Assembly: GCA_003165275.1 (NCBI GenBank) | Contig: PLSW01000378.1 | Span: 7,526-69,441 of the forward strand | Origin: Caulobacteraceae bacterium | GTDB taxonomy: Bacteria > Pseudomonadota > Alphaproteobacteria > Caulobacterales > Caulobacteraceae | DNA: 61,916 bases | Reading direction: 5' to 3' | Part shown: positions 18,052 through 30,770 of the stretch, one piece after another | Numbering within the stretch: the first letter of the stretch is position 1 | How the letters are laid out: each line of letters opens with the position of its first letter | Made by a program: the position numbers and the translations under genes | Notes under the pieces: model-generated | What the model saw: only the letters and a program-made list of their open reading frames with translations | Told to the model about the DNA's origin: nothing | Databases searched by the model: none

Positions 18052-19629
18052 ATGCTGTTTTCGCGACGTGGCTTCAATCTTTCCGCACTCGGCGCGCTCG
18101 GCCTGACGGCGGGTGGATTGGAGGCCTGCGCCAGGCGCCAGGGGTTCGCCGGCAAGACCCTGATCTTCGCCCAGGCGATGGAGCCCACCTTCATCAATAT
18201 GGCCATTACTTCGGCGGCGCCGGCCAATTTTGTGTCCTCCAAGGTCTATGAAGGCCTTTTGGAATACGATTCAAACGGCAATCCCCTGCCGCAATTGGCG
18301 ACGAGCTGGGAGGTCAGCCAGGATGGGCTGACCTATCGTTTCGGACTGCGGCCGAACGTGCGCTGGCATGATGGCCAGCCCTTCACCTCGAAGGATGTCG
18401 CCTTTTCCGTGTTGCAGGCCTGGAAGAAACATCATTCGCGCGGGCGGACGGTCTTTGGCAATGTTCAGCATGTGGATTTCAGCGATCCGCTGACGGCGGT
18501 GTGGCGTCTATCGAAGCCCGCGCCATATATTTTGAAAACGCTGCCGGTTTCGGAATATCCGGTGTTGCCGGCGCATCTTTTCGAAGGCGGGGACATTCTC
18601 AGCAGCCCCTATAATATGAGACCGGTTGGAACGGGCCCGTTTCGATTTGTCCGTTGGGAGCGCGATGCGCAGATTATTGTCGAGCGCAATCCGGACTACT
18701 GGGACAGGCCTAAGCCCTATCTGGACCGGATCGTCGTTCGCTTCCTGCCCGATCCGACATCGACCGTGACAGCGCTCGAAGCCGCCACCGTCGATCTGGC
18801 CCTCGTGCCGTTTGCCGAGGTGGGGCGATTGAAGACAAACGACAAGATCAACCTGCTCAAGGCGGCCTCGACTTTCCTCAGCTATTTCAACATCGAGTTC
18901 AATCTCGATCGGCCCTATTTCAAGGACGTGCGTGTCCGCCACGCCATCGCCCATGCCATTGACCGGGAGTTCCTGGCGAAACACATCGTGGGCGACGCCG
19001 TGGTGGCGACAGGCATAGTTCCCCCCGGGATCAAGGACTTCTTTGAAGCGGATTTGCCCGCCTATCCGTTCGATTTGGACAAGGCGAAGGCCCTGCTGGA
19101 CGATGCGGGCCTGCTGCCCGGCCCTGACGGCGTTCGGCTGCGGATATTCCTCGATTCCGCCAATGGAATCGCCAATACCCGGATCGGCAGCGCTATTCGC
19201 TCCACTCTGGCGAAAGCGGGCATAGCGCTGCAGCCGCGCGTCGCCGACCAGGGGGAATATATAAGCCGGGTCTATACCCGCCGCGATTTCGACCTTTCGA
19301 TGACCGGCGGCGGGACCGGTCGAGATCCGGCCATCGGCATTCAGCGGCTCTATTGGTCCAAGAATATCACCAAGGGCGTCGCCTTCTCCAATGGCGCGGG
19401 ATATTCCAATCCCAGGGTCGATCACCTCTTGGAAGCGGCGCAGGTCGAACTGGATCCGGCCAAGCGCAAGGCCTATTATCGCGAATTCCAAATGATCGTG
19501 ATGCAGGATCTGCCGCTCATCCCGCTCTATTGGACGACGGGCGGCTATCTCGGCGCGAGCAAGAAGGTCAAGGGGCTGGCGTTGGGACTTGGCGGAACCA
19601 ATGTCGGCTTCGCCGGAGTTTCGATCTAG
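18052..19629 (+). CDS. ABC substrate-binding protein family 5 (Tat lipoprotein) 1
   Basis: SRRGF Tat motif, LEAC lipobox, PQLATSW, WHDGQPFTSKDV, GTGPF. Confidence 0.93.
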   Translation: MLFSRRGFNLSALGALGLTAGGLEACARRQGFAGKTLIFAQAMEPTFINMAITSAAPANFVSSKVYEGLLEYDSNGNPLPQLATSWEVSQDGLTYRFGLRPNVRWHDGQPFTSKDVAFSVLQAWKKHHSRGRTVFGNVQHVDFSDPLTAVWRLSKPAPYILKTLPVSEYPVLPAHLFEGGDILSSPYNMRPVGTGPFRFVRWERDAQIIVERNPDYWDRPKPYLDRIVVRFLPDPTSTVTALEAATVDLALVPFAEVGRLKTNDKINLLKAASTFLSYFNIEFNLDRPYFKDVRVRHAIAHAIDREFLAKHIVGDAVVATGIVPPGIKDFFEADLPAYPFDLDKAKALLDDAGLLPGPDGVRLRIFLDSANGIANTRIGSAIRSTLAKAGIALQPRVADQGEYISRVYTRRDFDLSMTGGGTGRDPAIGIQRLYWSKNITKGVAFSNGAGYSNPRVDHLLEAAQVELDPAKRKAYYREFQMIVMQDLPLIPLYWTTGGYLGASKKVKGLALGLGGTNVGFAGVSI

Positions 19630-19820
19630 ACGCAGGGCTCGTTCGAAATCCGTTCCGTGAGCGCAGGGCGCATCCCAGCGGATCTCAGTCTTGCGCGTTT
19701 CCGTCGAAAGCCGGCGTGCAGAGCGAAACTGTCAGCGTCGATAGGACATCTTCATTGAAGCGCATTTATTTCCTATCAATATAATGGGAATTCAAACTGC
19801 GCTTGAGAAGTCGATTCCCC

Positions 19821-20834
19821 ATGAATTTTCAACAGCTTAAGTACGTGCGCGAGGCGGTCCGCAACGATTTCAACCTGACCGAGGTCGCGAACGTGCTGCT
19901 GACCTCCCAATCGGGAGTCAGCAAGCAGATCAAGGAGCTGGAAGCCGAATTGGGCGTCGAGATTTTCGTGCGCAAGGGGAAGCGCCTGATCGGGCTCACG
20001 CGCGCGGGCGGCGATGTCGCCTCCCAGATCGAACGCGTGCTGCTCGAAACGGACAACCTCCGACGCTATGCGGCGCAGTTCTCCAAGCAAGATCGAGGCC
20101 GTCTGGTCATTGCGACCACGCATAACCAGGCGCGCTACACACTGCCGGCGGTGGTGAGCAAGTTTTCTGAACGCTACCCGGACGTGGAATTGGAGCTGCG
20201 GCAAGGCACGCCGAAATATGTCGCGGGCACCGTGATCCGCGGGGTGGCGGACATCGCCGTCGCCACGGAGGCCTTGGACGAATACCCGGAGTTAAGCGTC
20301 TTCCCCTGCTTTTCGTGGGTGCATGTGGCGATCGTTCGAACCGGTCATCCCCTGACAAAGCTGGCCCGTCCGACACTGGCGGATATCGCTCAGTACTCGG
20401 TGATCACCTACAATTCGGAGTTCTCAGGCCGTTCCAAGATCGACGCCGCCTTCGAGCGGGAGGGATTGAAACCCGACATCCGCCTTACCGCCATGGATGC
20501 CGACGTGATCAAGACCTATGTCGAGTTGGGCTTGGGCGTGGGGATTATCTCGGAGATGGCCTACGCGCCGAACGCCTGCAGCCCGATCCAAAAGCTGGAA
20601 GGGTCAGAGTCGCTGTTCGATCCCAGCGTAACCAAGGTCGCCCTGTTGAAGGGCGCCTTGCTGCGAACCTATGCGTACCATTTTGTGGAGATGTTGGCCC
20701 CGCACCTGACCGAGCAGCAGCTCAAGGGGCTCGATCGACGCGGCCGTCCCACACCGGCCCGACTCGTTTTGGCGGAAGGCCTGCCGGCCTTTTCGGCGCA
20801 GGAGACCCTGCGTTCCGCGGCCCAGTCTTTTTAG
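19821..20834 (+). CDS. CysB/Cbl(SsuR)-family LysR regulator
   Basis: MNFQQLKYVRE..FNLTEVANVLLTSQSGVSKQI, ATTHNQARY, AMDADVIKTYVELGLG. Confidence 0.92.
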   Translation: MNFQQLKYVREAVRNDFNLTEVANVLLTSQSGVSKQIKELEAELGVEIFVRKGKRLIGLTRAGGDVASQIERVLLETDNLRRYAAQFSKQDRGRLVIATTHNQARYTLPAVVSKFSERYPDVELELRQGTPKYVAGTVIRGVADIAVATEALDEYPELSVFPCFSWVHVAIVRTGHPLTKLARPTLADIAQYSVITYNSEFSGRSKIDAAFEREGLKPDIRLTAMDADVIKTYVELGLGVGIISEMAYAPNACSPIQKLEGSESLFDPSVTKVALLKGALLRTYAYHFVEMLAPHLTEQQLKGLDRRGRPTPARLVLAEGLPAFSAQETLRSAAQSF

Positions 20835-20958
20835 AACTTCGAGTGGAATGGAAAGCTGAAATGGTTGGTTCCTCCTTGGAACGACCGGCAGCTAGTTAGT
20901 TTGCGCGAAAGGGCCGAGCTGAAAGCTAGAAAGCCCTCGCTCGCCGGGAACGATTGTT

Positions 20959-22062
20959 ATGACCAAGCCTCATTTCCACTGGTTCACGCCGCTGAAGCAG
21001 GACAATCGAGACTTGGTCACGCCGCAGGGCAAGGAGCGCCTGGTCACGCCCCGCTACCGCGCCGACGTGGTTCGCGCGGCTGAGCGTTTGGGTTTCGAGT
21101 CGGTGCTTTGCATGGTCGGCGCCTATTGTAACGATCCCTGGCTGGCGGCGGCGGCCCTTATCCCGGAAACCAGTCGCATCAAGTTCATTGTCGCGGTGCG
21201 CACAGGCTACACCCACCCGGCCGTGGTGGCCCATCAGGTGCAGAGCTTCCAGGACCTTTCGGACAATCGGCTTTGGCTCAACATCGTCACGGCGAGCCAT
21301 GAATCGGAACTGCGCGCCTACGGCGATTTCCTGGATAAGGACCAACGCTATCAGCGCACCGACGAGTTTATGCAGGTGCTCAAGCGCAGCCTGGCCGGTG
21401 AGAAATTCGACTTCGAAGGGCAGTTCTATAAGGTCGAGGGGGCAGGCCTGGGCAAGCCGCTGGCGGTGCAGCCGACCATCTTCACCGGGGGCTCCTCGCC
21501 GCTGGGTCTGGAGATCGGGGCCAAACACGCTGAAATTCACCTCTCCTACGGCGAGACCCCGCCGCTCGCTCGCGAGCGAGTTCAGACGCTCAGTGAGCTG
21601 GCTGACAAGCAGGGCCGCCATGTCGAATTCGGCATCAAGATCGATGTAATCGCGCGCGAGACGGCTGAGGAAGCATGGGCTGAGACCGATCGGTTGCTCG
21701 CCGGCCTGGATCCGGCGCACATCGAGCGCCAGCAGAAGATCATTCAGGCGCGCGCTTCGGTCGGCCAGGCCCGGGTGCAGGCTCTGAACCCGGGTCGCAA
21801 GGACGATCCCGAGGCCCTGAAGCCCTATCCCAATATCTGGTCCGGCGGCGGATTGGTGGGCATGGGCGGCGGCTCGACCTCGCTCGTAGGCAGCTACGCG
21901 GAAGTGGCCGAACGCATCGAGGAATATCGCTCGATCGGCGTTAAGCACTTCCTGGTGTCGGGCCACCCGCTGCTGGAGTCAGCCTATGCTTTCGCGGAAG
22001 GGGTGATGCCCTATTTCGCCCAGCGCGACGTCGCGCAGGATTCGCGCGGGGAGGCCGCGTGA
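20959..22062 (+). CDS. LLM-class flavin-dependent monooxygenase (SsuD-like) 1
   Basis: FHWFTP, AERLGFES, DPW, KFIVAVR, GGSS, LVGSYAEVAERIEEY. Confidence 0.9.
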   Translation: MTKPHFHWFTPLKQDNRDLVTPQGKERLVTPRYRADVVRAAERLGFESVLCMVGAYCNDPWLAAAALIPETSRIKFIVAVRTGYTHPAVVAHQVQSFQDLSDNRLWLNIVTASHESELRAYGDFLDKDQRYQRTDEFMQVLKRSLAGEKFDFEGQFYKVEGAGLGKPLAVQPTIFTGGSSPLGLEIGAKHAEIHLSYGETPPLARERVQTLSELADKQGRHVEFGIKIDVIARETAEEAWAETDRLLAGLDPAHIERQQKIIQARASVGQARVQALNPGRKDDPEALKPYPNIWSGGGLVGMGGGSTSLVGSYAEVAERIEEYRSIGVKHFLVSGHPLLESAYAFAEGVMPYFAQRDVAQDSRGEAA

Positions 22063-23057
22063 TGCGTCTAGCGCCCTTGCTCGCGTCCGGAGCGCGCCAT
22101 CTGGGGAATATCGTCCTCACCATGGCTGGGGTGCTGCTGCTCAATTTCTTCCTGCTGCACCTGATTCCAGGCGACGCGGCCGACGTGCTCGCCGCTGAAT
22201 CCGGCGGAGGCACAAGCGAGACCATGGCTCTGCTGCGCCATCACATGGGGCTCGATATCCCGCTGCTGCAGCAGCTGGCCGTCTATATCGGCAATCTCGT
22301 CCACCTGAATCTCGGCTTTTCCCTGCGCTACAATGCGCCCGTCTTCGACGTGATCATGAGCCGGCTGCCGGCGACCCTGGTCCTGGCGACGGCGAGCTAT
22401 GTCCTGGGCATCGTCTTGGGCGCGGTGGTCGGCGCGGTCATGGCGGCCTGGCGCGGCCGCTGGCCCGATCGCGTACTGTCGGGCCTCGTGGTGGTGCTCT
22501 ATTCGACGCCGTCCTTTCTGGTCGGCGTTCTGCTGATCATCCTGTTTTCGGTGCAACTCGGCTGGCTGCCGAGCGACGGCACGTCGTCTGTCGGGCTCAC
22601 CCTGACGGGTTTCCAGGCCCTGGCTGATCAGGCCGCGCATTTGGTCCTGCCAACACTTGCCCTGTCGGCTCATTTCGTCGCGGTCTATGCTCGGCTGACA
22701 CGGGCGGCGATGATCGAGATCGAAGGCCTGGATTTCGTGCGCACCGCCCGCGCCAAGGGGGTGCACCCCTTCTTCGTCACGGTCCGACACGTCCTGCGTA
22801 ACGCGCTCATCCCCCTGTCGACCATGGCCGGCGCTCAACTTGCCGCCCTGCTGGGCGGGGCGGCCACCGTCGAGATGGTGTTCAGCTGGCCGGGAATCGG
22901 CCGCCTGGCCTTGGATGCGGTGCAGTCGCGAGATTTCGCCACCCTGCTCGGCATCCTGCTGATCTCATCGATCGTGGTGGTTCTGTCGAACCTGCTGGTC
23001 GATGCGCTGCAGGCCTTGCTCGATCCACGCATCCGTCGCCGCCAGACTGCGGCCTGA
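22059..23057 (+). CDS. ABC permease DppB/OppB-like
   Basis: PGD motif, RLPATL, DFVRTARAKG, FSWPGIG, LDPRIR. Confidence 0.94.
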   Translation: MMRLAPLLASGARHLGNIVLTMAGVLLLNFFLLHLIPGDAADVLAAESGGGTSETMALLRHHMGLDIPLLQQLAVYIGNLVHLNLGFSLRYNAPVFDVIMSRLPATLVLATASYVLGIVLGAVVGAVMAAWRGRWPDRVLSGLVVVLYSTPSFLVGVLLIILFSVQLGWLPSDGTSSVGLTLTGFQALADQAAHLVLPTLALSAHFVAVYARLTRAAMIEIEGLDFVRTARAKGVHPFFVTVRHVLRNALIPLSTMAGAQLAALLGGAATVEMVFSWPGIGRLALDAVQSRDFATLLGILLISSIVVVLSNLLVDALQALLDPRIRRRQTAA

Positions 23058-23081
23058 GCACCCCCGGCAGTTTCAAGTCTC

Positions 23082-24046
23082 ATGACCCTCGCGTCCTTCC
23101 CAAAGACCATCGAGTCCTCGACCCCTTCGTCGACGGTCGATAGCGCCGATTGGCCTGGCATCCGGGAGTGGCAGAGCCAGGCCCTGGCGCCGGAGTCCCT
23201 GCGCCGCGGCGGACGATACGGCGCGATCAAGGCCTTCCTGGGAAAGCCGCGCGGCGTGATTGGTTTTGCAATGCTGGGGACGGTGCTCGCCATGGCCCTG
23301 GGGGCGCATTGGCTCTTTCCGGGCGATCCGCTGGGAAGCGTCGCCCAGCCACTTCTGACCCCGGGGCAGGACCTTGCGCATCTCCTGGGAACGGATTCTT
23401 TGGGGCGGGACGTTGCGGCGGCCCTGTTCCATGGCGCAGGCGCATCGCTCAGCGTGGGATTCGCCGCCGCCGCCGTCGGCACCTCTCTCGGGGTGCTGAT
23501 CGGCAGCCTCGCCGGCTACTTCGGCGGCTGGGTCGATACGGTGCTGATGCGTGTAACCGAGCTCTTCCAGACCACGCCGCCCTTCCTGTTCATCGTTGTG
23601 CTGGTGGCCATGCTTCAGCCAAGCCTAAGCATTGAGGCCCTCGCCATCGGCCTCACAAGCTGGCAGCCGCTGGCGCGCATGGTGCGGGCCGAGTTCCGCC
23701 AATTGCTCCACAGCGATTTCGTCTTGGCGGCGCGGGCGACAGGTTTGAGCGACGCCCGCATCATCGTCGAGGAAATATTGCCCAACGTCACGCCGACGAT
23801 CGTGGTGATGGCTTCGTTCAAGGTGGCCACGGCCATATTTCTGGAGTCTAGCCTGGCGTTTCTGGGATTGGGCGATCCCAACCGCGCCAGCTGGGGCGGC
23901 ATGATCGAGGAAGGCCGCGACTTCATTCGGTCTGACGGTTGGCTGGTGCTTGTGCCGGGCGTCGCGATCCTCGCGGCGGTGTTGTCGCTCAACTTGATCG
24001 GCGACGCCCTCAACGATGCCTTGAATCCCCGTTTGAGGCGGGCGTC

Positions 24047-24050
<4 letters not shown>
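23082..24050 (+). CDS. ABC permease DppC/OppC-like
   Basis: HLLGTDSLGRD, ILPN, ESSLAFLGLG, GDALNDALNPR. Confidence 0.94.
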
Positions 24051-25723
<1,673 letters not shown>

Positions 25724-25919
25724 TCCAGGGACTGGCGCCATGCATGACCGAAGGCTCGACCGTGGCGGCACGATCCCCAGCGAACTCGGCCTGTTGACGC
25801 AAGGCCACGCCTCAAAGCCGGAATTCAACCTTCCGGCTACGTCTCCGCCGCGGCGCCGGCCAGGCTCGCGGGCTTCCGCGGGCGCCGCGCACGCTCGCGC
25901 CGTCTAGGGGCACGGGACA

Positions 25920-27155
25920 GTGGCCGATATTGTCCGCGCGCTCGGGCATCGCAACTACCGGCTCTATTTCAGCGGGCAGCTGCTATCGCTGGCCGGCACG
26001 GCCATGCAGCAGATCGCCCTGAGCTGGCTGGTCTTTAGCCTGACCGGCTCGACCGCCATGCTGGGCCTGATCACCTTCGTCGGCCAAATTCCCTCTCTGG
26101 TGCTGGCCCCCTTCGCCGGCGTGCTGTCCGACCGATTTCCCCGGCGATCGCTGCTTCTATGGACTCAGTTGCTGTCGACTGTGCACGCTGCAATCCTGGC
26201 CGGATTGACCTTTACCGGCCAGATCAACACCCCGATCCTTTTGACCATGGCCTTGGCCCTGGGCCTGATCAATTCCGTCGATCAGCCTGTGCGCCAGTCC
26301 TTCGTGGCCGAATTGGTGGATGACCGCGCGGATATACCCAACGCCGTCGCCTTGTCGTCCTTCACCATCCATGCGGCGCGGTTCATCGGCCCGTCGATCG
26401 GCGGATTCCTGATTGCGGGGGTCGGCGAAGCCTCCTGTTTCGCCCTGAACGCCCTATCGTTCCTGGGAGCGATCTTCGCCCTGGCGGCCATGAGCGGACT
26501 GCATGCGGCGCCGGCGCGCAAGCGAACACCGGGCGCCCTGCGCGAAGGATTCCAATATGTCATCACCCACCGAGAGATCCGGCTCTTGCTGGCCATAGTC
26601 GCCACGGTCAGTTTCTTCGGGTCGTCGTACGGCGCCTTGCTCCCTTACTTCGCCAAGGAAATCTATCACGGCGACGCCAGGTCCTATGGTCTGCTGGCCA
26701 CCGCTGGCGGCGTCGGCGCCTGCCTGGGCACGGTGTTCCTGGCGTCGCGCCGTTCGGCCCAGGCCATCAGCCGAACGGTGCTCAAGGCCATGGTGCTGGT
26801 AAGCCTCGCCTTGGCGGCCTTCGCGCTGTCCCATGTCTTCTGGGTGTCGATGGTCGCGCTGGCCGTTATGGGCTTCGCTTCGATCAATGCCGTCGCCGCC
26901 AGCAGCGCCGTGATCCAAAACACGGTGCATGATGGCGTGCGCGGCCGGGTCATGGCCATCTACACCATGGCGTTCTTCGGCGTGTCGCCCCTCGGATCAT
27001 TGGCGACCGGCTATCTGGCCCGTGTGTTTGGCGCATCCAGGACCCTGCTGGTGAGCGCCGCCGTAATCCTCTGTTTCGCCGCGGTGGCGCAATGGGTCCG
27101 GCGCGGTCAGGTCTCGGCGGTCCCGACCGAAGTCCAGCCGGAGGCGGCGATCTGA
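25920..27155 (+). CDS. MFS transporter
   Basis: About 12 TM; RNYRLYFSGQ, GVLSDRFPRR, RGRVMA. Confidence 0.92.
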   Translation: MADIVRALGHRNYRLYFSGQLLSLAGTAMQQIALSWLVFSLTGSTAMLGLITFVGQIPSLVLAPFAGVLSDRFPRRSLLLWTQLLSTVHAAILAGLTFTGQINTPILLTMALALGLINSVDQPVRQSFVAELVDDRADIPNAVALSSFTIHAARFIGPSIGGFLIAGVGEASCFALNALSFLGAIFALAAMSGLHAAPARKRTPGALREGFQYVITHREIRLLLAIVATVSFFGSSYGALLPYFAKEIYHGDARSYGLLATAGGVGACLGTVFLASRRSAQAISRTVLKAMVLVSLALAAFALSHVFWVSMVALAVMGFASINAVAASSAVIQNTVHDGVRGRVMAIYTMAFFGVSPLGSLATGYLARVFGASRTLLVSAAVILCFAAVAQWVRRGQVSAVPTEVQPEAAI

Positions 27156-27196
27156 GGGCTGCGCCATGGGGCCGATCAAGTCCGCAGCCGAGCCTA

Positions 27197-28780
27197 TCAG
27201 GCCAGATCGACGCCGGCGAAATTGCCGTTGAGCCCGGCGAGGTCTGACAACACGTTCTTGACCCTTCGGTTTGAAGCGACCCGGTTGTGTGTCCAGGCCA
27301 GCGGCAGATAGGGCAGGTCGGTCATGGCGATCCGCTGAAACCGGTAATAGAGATCACGGCGTTTGGCTGGGTCCAATTCGACCTGAGCGGTTTCCAGCAG
27401 TCGATCCACTTCCGGGTTGGCGTAGTGGGCGCCGTTGGAGAAGGCTACGCCGCGCTTGAAGTTCTTCGACCAATAGTAGCGCTGCACGCCCACGGCGGGA
27501 TCGCGGCCGGCGCCGCTGCCCGTCATGCAGGTGTCGAAATCGCGGCGGCTGTAGACGCGGTTGATGTATTCGCCCTGGTCCTGTGGTCGCGGACTGAGAT
27601 CGATGCCCGCCCTGGCGAGAGTCGAGCGGATATAGGCCGCGATGCGCGTATTCTGGACCGAGTCGGCGTAATCGAGGTGCAGCCTGAGGCGCACCCCATC
27701 CTTGGCGCGGACCAGACCGGACTGGTCTAGTAGGGCGTTGGCCTTGTCCAGATCGAAGGCATAGCGGGGCAGGTCGGGGGCGTGGAATTGGGTCAGCTCC
27801 AACGGCACCGGCGAGTCCGCTGCCTCGGCCGAACCAATGATCGATTGGGCGATGAAATCGCGGTCAATGGCGTGCGCAAAGGCTTGGCGAACGCGGACAT
27901 CCTTGAGGAAAGGACGGTCGAGATTGAATTCGAATTGAGTCGAAAGGGGCGACAGGCTGGGCGTTTCGGATTGCACCACCAGCGATGGGTTGGCCTGCAG
28001 CCGGGCCGCTTCGCTGCGGGATATCTGACCGATCAGATCGACCGTGCCGGACTCCAGGGCGACGGCGGCGGCTGTGGAATCGGGCATGAATCGCACGACG
28101 ATCCCATCCAGTTTCGGCGTTCCCGCCGCCCAGTAGCTCCGGTTGCGTTCCAGCACGATTTCTGCGCCGCGTTGCCAGCGCACGAAGCGGAAGGGCCCTG
28201 ACCCAACCGGCGAAACATTGTGCGGATTGGTCAGTATGTCCGTGCCGGCGTAGAGATGCTTGGGCAGAACGGTAGATTCCGATGCTGACAGGCAACTCAG
28301 CAGGTAGGGCGCCGGCTGGGATAGCTTCAACACGACGGTCGACGGGGAGGGGGTCTGAACGTCCACCACATTGGCGAAGGTTGTTCGGCCTCGACTGTGG
28401 AACACCTTCCAGACCTGGGTCAGGGTGTAGGCTACGTCGTCTGAGGTGAAGGGCGTTCCATCATGCCAGGTGACGCCAGGTTGAAGCTGGAACCTGTAGG
28501 TCAAGCCATCAGGGCTGATATCCCAGCTTTGCGCGAGTTGCGGTTTAGGCCTTCCCTGCAGATCGAAGGCCAGAAGACCGTCGAAAATCTTGCTCGCAAC
28601 GAAGCTCGCCGGGGAGGCCGTTGAGAGGGCCGTGTTGAGTTGCGTCGGCTCCATGGACTGACCGAATATCAACAGACGGCCATGGCTTTGGCCGCCGCCG
28701 CGCGGGCTGCAGGCAGACGCCGCGGACGCGCCGCCGAGGGCGAGCAGCATCTGGTTGAAACGGCGGCGCGAGGACTGCAC
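27197..28780 (-). CDS. ABC substrate-binding protein family 5 (Tat lipoprotein) 2
   Basis: SRRRF, ASAC; close paralog of 18052 (HSRGRT.F, RDPA.G.QR.YWSKN..GVAFSNG). Confidence 0.93.
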   Translation of the reverse strand: MQSSRRRFNQMLLALGGASAASACSPRGGGQSHGRLLIFGQSMEPTQLNTALSTASPASFVASKIFDGLLAFDLQGRPKPQLAQSWDISPDGLTYRFQLQPGVTWHDGTPFTSDDVAYTLTQVWKVFHSRGRTTFANVVDVQTPSPSTVVLKLSQPAPYLLSCLSASESTVLPKHLYAGTDILTNPHNVSPVGSGPFRFVRWQRGAEIVLERNRSYWAAGTPKLDGIVVRFMPDSTAAAVALESGTVDLIGQISRSEAARLQANPSLVVQSETPSLSPLSTQFEFNLDRPFLKDVRVRQAFAHAIDRDFIAQSIIGSAEAADSPVPLELTQFHAPDLPRYAFDLDKANALLDQSGLVRAKDGVRLRLHLDYADSVQNTRIAAYIRSTLARAGIDLSPRPQDQGEYINRVYSRRDFDTCMTGSGAGRDPAVGVQRYYWSKNFKRGVAFSNGAHYANPEVDRLLETAQVELDPAKRRDLYYRFQRIAMTDLPYLPLAWTHNRVASNRRVKNVLSDLAGLNGNFAGVDLA

Positions 28781-28808
28781 GGGGTTCGTTTTTCGGAATG
28801 AAGGGCAG

Positions 28809-29903
28809 CTAGGCTGCGGCGCTGGCGTTCGAAGCCTTGCGGAAATAGGGCATCACGCCTTCGCCGAACTCATAGATGGACTCCAGCGCCGGTCGCCCGC
28901 CGATGATGAAGTGCTCCACGCCGACCGAGACATATTCCTCGATGCGTTCAGCGACCTCCGCATAGCTGCCGACCAGCGTGGTCCGGTTCGCGCCCACCCA
29001 GATGTTCGGATAGATCTTCAGGGACTCGCGGTCGCGAAGGTCCGTTCCGGCGGCCAGGGATTGCACCCGCGCCTCGCCCACCGAATTGCGGGTCTTGATG
29101 AACTTGCGGTGGGCCTCGGCCTTTTCGATGTCCAGGCTGTCCAGGAAGCGATCGGTTTCACGCCAGGCCGCCGCCGAGGTCTCGCGCGCGATGGCCGAGA
29201 TCAGCATGCCGAACTTGACCGTCCGGCCTTCCTTGTCTGCGAGCTCCTTTACCCTGTCGATGGTCTCTTTGATCAGCGGCGGGGTTTCGCTGTAGGACAG
29301 GTGCACGTCAGCGTGCTTGGCCCCGACCGCCCGGCCAGTCTCCGACGAGCCGCCGATGAACAATTTGGGCAAGGTCTTGAGCGGACGGCCCTGGCCGCCT
29401 TTCTCGATGTCGTAGAACTCGCCCTTATGGTCGAACGGCCCGCCGGCCCAGGCCTTCTTCAACACCTCGAAGAATTCGGCGGTGCGGGCATAGCGGCGCT
29501 CCTTGTCGAGCGTCTCGCCCAGGCTGCGCAGCTCGGCTTCCTGGCTGCCGGTGACGATGTTCAGATAAAGGCGGTCGCCTGATAGCTGTTGGAAGGTCGC
29601 CGCCTGCTGAGCCACCAGCATGGGCGCAGCGAAGCCGGGGCGCAGGGCCACGATGAACTTGATCTTGGAGGTGTGCGCCGCCAAGAACGAGGTCGCTATC
29701 CACGGATCGTAGTTGCGGTGGGTGGTGATGGACAGGATGGAGTCATAGCCGTTCGCCTCGGCGGCGCGGGCAAGTTCGACCCGGTACTCCTCAGTGACAA
29801 CGCGCTCGCGGCCGCCCGAGCCATTGGGCGAGCGGATGAAGCCCCACTGGCGCTCCTCGTTGACTTCAGGCAGGCCGGCGCGGTGAAAAACGGGGGTGGC
29901 CAT
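28809..29903 (-). CDS. LLM-class flavin-dependent monooxygenase 2
   Basis: DPWIA, KFIVALRPG, LNIVTG, GGSS, LVGSYAEVAERIEEY; paralog of 20959. Confidence 0.9.
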   Translation of the reverse strand: MATPVFHRAGLPEVNEERQWGFIRSPNGSGGRERVVTEEYRVELARAAEANGYDSILSITTHRNYDPWIATSFLAAHTSKIKFIVALRPGFAAPMLVAQQAATFQQLSGDRLYLNIVTGSQEAELRSLGETLDKERRYARTAEFFEVLKKAWAGGPFDHKGEFYDIEKGGQGRPLKTLPKLFIGGSSETGRAVGAKHADVHLSYSETPPLIKETIDRVKELADKEGRTVKFGMLISAIARETSAAAWRETDRFLDSLDIEKAEAHRKFIKTRNSVGEARVQSLAAGTDLRDRESLKIYPNIWVGANRTTLVGSYAEVAERIEEYVSVGVEHFIIGGRPALESIYEFGEGVMPYFRKASNASAAA

Positions 29904-29912
29904 GGTCTTCTC

Positions 29913-30770
29913 TCAGCTTTTCACACCGACGGGGCGTTCGCCCTCGACGCTCGTTCCGTGCATGACGCGCCGGCCCTCGCCGTAGTCGTTGACCGCGTAA
30001 TGAAGGCAGCTGCGATTGTCCCAAATCGCCAGCGAGCCCGGCTCCCATTGGAAACGAACCTGATGCTCGGGCTGAATAATGTGCTCGAAGAACACCTTGA
30101 GGACGGCGGCGCTTTCATGCGGTCGCAGACCGACGATCTCGGGCGTGAAGCGGGGGCTGACATAGAGTGAGCGGCGGCCGGTCTCAGGATGCACACGCAC
30201 CACCGGGTGCTCGGTCCAATGGAAGTTGGAGCGGCGCGCGTCCCACTCCGAAATGGAAATCGGCGTCACCGCGTGGATGGCCTTGAGCTCTTCAGCCAGG
30301 CGCTTGAGCGGCTCCGCCAGTCGGTCATAGGCGGCCTCGGTCGAGGCCCAGATGGTGTCGCCGCCGAGGTCCGGGAGGGTCACCGCCTGCAACAGGCGCA
30401 CCGTGATCGGCTCGTCGGCGGAGGTCAGGTCGGCGTGCCAGCGGTCCACCCGGCCGGATATCTCGTGAATGCTGTCGATGAGGCCGACGCCGGGGTAAGG
30501 CGACCCCATCCGCGCTTCGCCATAGACCTTGGGCCTCCCGAAATATTCGGTGACCTTGAGCTGCTGCTCAGGGCTCAGATGCTGGTCACGGAAGAAGAGC
30601 ACGGCGCGTTCGAACAAGAGCTTGCGCAGGGCGGCGATGGTCGCCTCGCTCTGCGGCTTCTTCAGGTCGATGCCGCTGACTTCCGACCCGATGAAGGGAG
30701 ACGCATGCTTGACCGTGGACGCGATCGACGCGCCCTGCTTGGGCGGCTCCAAGGTCGAAAGGTCGGACAT
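29913..30770 (-). CDS. TauD/TfdA-family dioxygenase 3
   Basis: WHADLT, GGDTIWA, WDNRSCLH; closest by eye to copy 2. Confidence 0.93.
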   Translation of the reverse strand: MSDLSTLEPPKQGASIASTVKHASPFIGSEVSGIDLKKPQSEATIAALRKLLFERAVLFFRDQHLSPEQQLKVTEYFGRPKVYGEARMGSPYPGVGLIDSIHEISGRVDRWHADLTSADEPITVRLLQAVTLPDLGGDTIWASTEAAYDRLAEPLKRLAEELKAIHAVTPISISEWDARRSNFHWTEHPVVRVHPETGRRSLYVSPRFTPEIVGLRPHESAAVLKVFFEHIIQPEHQVRFQWEPGSLAIWDNRSCLHYAVNDYGEGRRVMHGTSVEGERPVGVKS

